Shown one piece after another: positions 33,731 to 37,061 of a stretch of DNA of 37,061 nucleotides. The stretch lies in NCBI GenBank assembly GCA_046861395.1, contig JBHHUC010000017.1:1-37061 (forward strand). Reading direction: 5' to 3'. Numbering within the stretch: position 1 is the stretch's first letter; every line of letters starts with the position of its first letter. This DNA is from Fidelibacterota bacterium (GTDB lineage Bacteria > Fidelibacterota > Marinisomatia > Marinisomatales > JABMOV01). The position numbers and the translations under genes were made by a program. Below the pieces are notes generated by a model, which was not told the DNA's origin, made no database searches, and worked only from the letters and a program-made list of their open reading frames with translations.

Positions 33731-34992
33731 GCGGGACTCTTCAATTTTTCTGTCAAATAGGTTATAATATCATTCTGTGCCACCGCCGCCTGGGAATTGG
33801 CGCGTAAATCCTTCACCTGATAGTGTCGAGTTTCAAGTTCACTATCCCCGATAATGACGGCGAACCGGGCACCACTGCGGTTGGCATTTCGGAGCTGGGA
33901 TTTCATACTACGATGTAGTAAATCAGTGACCACGGAGAAACCGGACTGGCGCAAGACATGGGCGAGCTGTTGTCCTGGTAGTACTGCCGCCCTTCCCAGT
34001 GTGATGAGATAAATGTCCGGTGTCGGTGGGCTTTCCTCCGTTTCAATTGTTTCCAGGGCAATGAGGATACGCTCTATTCCGGCGGCAAATCCGATGGCCG
34101 GTGTGGGTTTGCCACCCAATAATTCAATCAGACGATCATAGCGGCCTCCGCCACAGAGAGCATCCTGGGAACCCAGGTCTTCCGACGTGATCTCAAAGGT
34201 TGTGCGGGTATAATAATCCAGACCACGGACCATTCGTTTATCAATGGTGTATGGAATTTCCAATGCGTTCAGGCCGTCCTGCACGGTGGAGAAGTGATCC
34301 CGGTCTTCATCGGTTAAATAGTCCCGGATATCGGGAGCGTCGTCCAAAAGCGCAATTTCATGAGGAATTTTTGTGTCAAGAATGCGCAACGGATTAGTTT
34401 GGAAGCGTTGCCGACTAACATCGGATAACGCATCAAAATGCGGTGTTAAAAATTCTTTCAGGGCCTGTCGGTAATCCTGTCGCGCCTGGCGGGAGCCGAT
34501 GCTGTTCAATTTCAGGTGTAAACGAGTCAGACCGATTTCTTTCAGAAAGGTATGGGCGATGGCAATGATTTCCACATCTGCTTCCGCATGGATCGATCCG
34601 ATCACTTCCGCACCGAATTGATGAAACTGACGCTGGCGGCCTTTCTGCGGTCGTTCCCGTCGGAAAAGAGCATCCAGGTAATACAGACGAGTGAGAGGGG
34701 AGCGGGCGGCAAGGTTATGTTGTATATAGGCCCGGATGACGGGTGCCGTGAGTTCCGGCTTGAGTGTCAATGATGTTTTTCCGCCGTCCAGCCAGGTATA
34801 CATTTCCTTGGAAACAATATCCGTGTCGGTCCCGACGCCGCGGGTGAACAATTCCGTTTTTTCAAATGCCGGTGTGCGGATTTCCTCATACCCATAACGA
34901 TACATAAAGGCATGAAATGCTTCTTCCAATTGACGCCAGCGGTAACTGGAGTCCGGCAAAATATCAAAGGTTCCTTTAACGGTTCGAATCAT
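33727..34992 (-). CDS. hisS: Histidine--tRNA ligase
   Basis: KGTFDILP, KEMYT, FRRERPQKGRQRQFHQFG.E, VRGLDYYTRT.FE, GGGRYD, GFAAGIER. Confidence 0.97.
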   Translation of the reverse strand: MIRTVKGTFDILPDSSYRWRQLEEAFHAFMYRYGYEEIRTPAFEKTELFTRGVGTDTDIVSKEMYTWLDGGKTSLTLKPELTAPVIRAYIQHNLAARSPLTRLYYLDALFRRERPQKGRQRQFHQFGAEVIGSIHAEADVEIIAIAHTFLKEIGLTRLHLKLNSIGSRQARQDYRQALKEFLTPHFDALSDVSRQRFQTNPLRILDTKIPHEIALLDDAPDIRDYLTDEDRDHFSTVQDGLNALEIPYTIDKRMVRGLDYYTRTTFEITSEDLGSQDALCGGGRYDRLIELLGGKPTPAIGFAAGIERILIALETIETEESPPTPDIYLITLGRAAVLPGQQLAHVLRQSGFSVVTDLLHRSMKSQLRNANRSGARFAVIIGDSELETRHYQVKDLRANSQAAVAQNDIITYLTEKLKSPA

Positions 34993-35322
34993 TCAACCAA
35001 CCATATCGTGTAGAACTTGTTCGGCCTCATCCTTGTATTCTTCCGGCACGAAAATTTGCACCTGCATTCCGGGAAGACGTACTGCTTCAATATTAAATGC
35101 CGCTTCCGCCCAATCGGATTTTATGTAATTGGGAATGCCCCTTTCTTCCAAAACTTCGGCAATCATATCGGCATAGATTTTTCCCTCCACCGGTACTAAC
35201 GACACCCAGGTGATTTCCTGCAGCGGCAGGTTGAGTGGTTCGGCATCCACCAGTGATACTTTGCAATCGGCGCAGACTTTTATCCCTGAAACATATTCGG
35301 TTTGACATTCAGGACAAATCAT
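34993..35322 (-). CDS. Zinc-ribbon + DUF2007-like putative signal-transducing protein
   Basis: CPEC..EY..G...CADC.V.LV, then LEERGIP and IFVPEEY..EA. SD AAGGA. Confidence 0.8.
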   Translation of the reverse strand: MICPECQTEYVSGIKVCADCKVSLVDAEPLNLPLQEITWVSLVPVEGKIYADMIAEVLEERGIPNYIKSDWAEAAFNIEAVRLPGMQVQIFVPEEYKDEAEQVLHDMVG

Positions 35323-35427
35323 GATTCTTCCTTATTTGTTATGAGAATTTCAGACATTCCCGAAGAGGAATAAAAGTGTTTATTAATGGAATTCGTTAAA
35401 AAGAGTTATTTGCCGGTTTTCCTGAAA

Positions 35428-35862
35428 TCAGTATTTCCCCCGCCTTTTGTTTATCCAACGATGCAACGTGTGGACCGAATAGCCGGTGGCGAGATACATG
35501 ACGGCGCAGGTTCCATAGCAGAGATTCACACCGGCCCCGGTGGCAAGGGCAATGGCTTCCGGTGTATCACAACCCTGATGAATCCAGATATGCTTAATGC
35601 CCCGTTCAATGGCATCCTTGACAACCTGAGCGGTTTCGTCCGGGGGAACTTCGATTATGACGGCCGGGACGCTCACGGGTAATTGTTGTAAAGATGGCAG
35701 AACATCCTGCCTGCCGATTTCCTTCAAGTCCGGATCGATCGGATAGACCGTTTTCCCCCGGGATTGAAGACGGGTACACGTGATTGTGGGAAAGGGCTTT
35801 TTGGCGGAATGCCCTACCAGGGCATAACGGTCATGATACCAGAATGATTGATAATCCATCAT
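35428..35862 (-). CDS. CoA-binding protein (YccU-like Rossmann fold)
   Basis: YALVG.S, VYPIDP, VPP, GIKHIWIHQG, C..M. SD GGAG. Confidence 0.85.
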   Translation of the reverse strand: MMDYQSFWYHDRYALVGHSAKKPFPTITCTRLQSRGKTVYPIDPDLKEIGRQDVLPSLQQLPVSVPAVIIEVPPDETAQVVKDAIERGIKHIWIHQGCDTPEAIALATGAGVNLCYGTCAVMYLATGYSVHTLHRWINKRRGKY

Positions 35863-35871
35863 GTTCTCCGG

Positions 35872-37061
35872 TTAAAAATTGGATCGGCGACCGTAGATCC
35901 CGCCTTTTTCTTCCAGTTTTATGTCCCGCAAATTGGGAGATTTCACATTAATACGCAGGAAATAACCGCCGCCGTATTGTGTCGGTGTCCAGTTAAATGA
36001 CATTTCCCAGCAATGCAAATCCTTCTGAATGGCAAAACGGTGGGATACCAGTTCGGCAGCGACCATATTGAACCGGGCAGTATAACTGATTTTCCAGGTG
36101 GGAGTGAGATTCAGGGTGGCATTACTGTTGATCCAGAATGTTTTGCGGATATTGTCCGGATTGGCCTGATTAACCGAATAGTTGATATTGAAGCGGGCGG
36201 TCCAGAATTGTCCCTTGCCACCACCACGTCCCGGCTGCACATTCAGGGAACCGAACATGGCTTCATCCTGATCGGCGGTTGTATCCGCAAGGGAAGAATC
36301 GGGAACAGTTAGGTACGTGGCGGACCAGTGGGAGCCCCGGAAACGAAATCCTGTACTGAAGGAGGCGGTAATCAGGCGTGGATTGGGAATGCCCGCTGCT
36401 GTTTTCCGCAAGGAGGGGATACGCCGTTTCTGTTCCAAATCATAGGGGTAAAAATCATGGGTTGCCCGGAGATTGATTGTCATGAGATTTCCCAGCTTGG
36501 ACGTCATGGACGTCACCAGATTGGCCAGTTGGAATTCATCCGCCACATAATTATAACTGGTATTCATATTGACCGACAGGAGGTTGATTTTCCGCTCCCG
36601 GCCCGGTTCGCCCCATTTGGCTTCCAGAATATTTTTCAGGGACAACGTTAATGCTTTTTGTTCGTTGCGTGGTGTGCCGCCGGCAAATGTACCCTGGAAA
36701 CGATCATGTTTAATGATTTGCCCGGCGGTATCCCGAATCATTTCAAAATAATCCGGCGTCCAGCCGAAGACCGGCTTGGAAAAATCGGGAGAATAGCGGT
36801 ATCCGACGGTGGGTGTAATGACATGGCGCAGGGCTGCCAGCTTTCCCAACTCAACTGGAATCAAGCCATAAATTTTTGTGTTGAGATTTACATTCATGGT
36901 TCCTGTCGTGCGGGAAGCGAACCCCTTTTTCTCGTGGCGTATCAGGGTATTCGTGGATCGATCCAGCTCGGCCGTGTAGGTTCGATCCACCCAGTTGGTT
37001 CTGAAATTGGCATTGGGATTAAAAGATATGTATTTGAACAGCTTGAGGGGGAATGTCAGGG
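35872..37061 (-). CDS. lptD: Putative LPS assembly protein LptD (FCB-type), C-terminal part, 5'-partial
   Basis: Frame is open to the window edge. TKIYG, RHVITP.VGY.YSPDFS, N.LEAK, LTPTWKI, KDLHCWEMSFNW.P, INVKSP.LRDIK match long FCB-type LptD C-termini. Confidence 0.82.
   Translation of the reverse strand, partial: LTFPLKLFKYISFNPNANFRTNWVDRTYTAELDRSTNTLIRHEKKGFASRTTGTMNVNLNTKIYGLIPVELGKLAALRHVITPTVGYRYSPDFSKPVFGWTPDYFEMIRDTAGQIIKHDRFQGTFAGGTPRNEQKALTLSLKNILEAKWGEPGRERKINLLSVNMNTSYNYVADEFQLANLVTSMTSKLGNLMTINLRATHDFYPYDLEQKRRIPSLRKTAAGIPNPRLITASFSTGFRFRGSHWSATYLTVPDSSLADTTADQDEAMFGSLNVQPGRGGGKGQFWTARFNINYSVNQANPDNIRKTFWINSNATLNLTPTWKISYTARFNMVAAELVSHRFAIQKDLHCWEMSFNWTPTQYGGGYFLRINVKSPNLRDIKLEEKGGIYGRRSNF

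Noticed and set aside
1..37061. Mobile elements, prophage, defence systems, tRNA/rRNA genes, selenocysteine read-through
   Set aside because: No transposase, integrase, phage or defence motifs were seen. Intergenic gaps are short and lack cloverleaf or rRNA signatures, and no gene appears interrupted by an in-frame TGA.

Overview
Gene-dense, mostly housekeeping bacterial chromosome segment. The gene repertoire suggests an FCB-superphylum organism, probably Ca. Marinimicrobia-like; this is inference from the N-terminal-only GlmU, alpha2-type GlyQS, TopA with C-terminal repeats, and long LptD. In order: a 5'-partial hybrid histidine kinase and trhP; a minus-strand operon iscS-mnmA-NTP transferase-hypothetical-LytR_C-rsfS-argS-marC; a metallophosphoesterase divergent from pfkB-TPR lipoprotein; moxR-DUF58; rlmN-PNP-M20 amidohydrolase; a serine racemase/dehydratase; a small membrane protein-yjbQ-MORN repeat-uridine kinase operon; TonB-dependent receptor-aminotransferase-ggt; and lptD(partial)-CoA-binding-DUF2007-hisS-topA-ccmH-like-glyQS-yccA. 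I found no mobile element, CRISPR array or RNA gene. The best candidate for an undescribed system is a pair of paralogous ~30-aa single-TM microproteins behind a sigma54-type promoter (3397-3715), which the ORF track does not resolve. Also notable: a TonB receptor with a CxC motif next to a secreted GGT, a eukaryote-like serine racemase, an orphan CcmH-like protein with vicinal cysteines, a Thermus-type GlyRS insertion, and recurrent leaderless promoter architecture. All family calls come from motif recognition; no database search was run.
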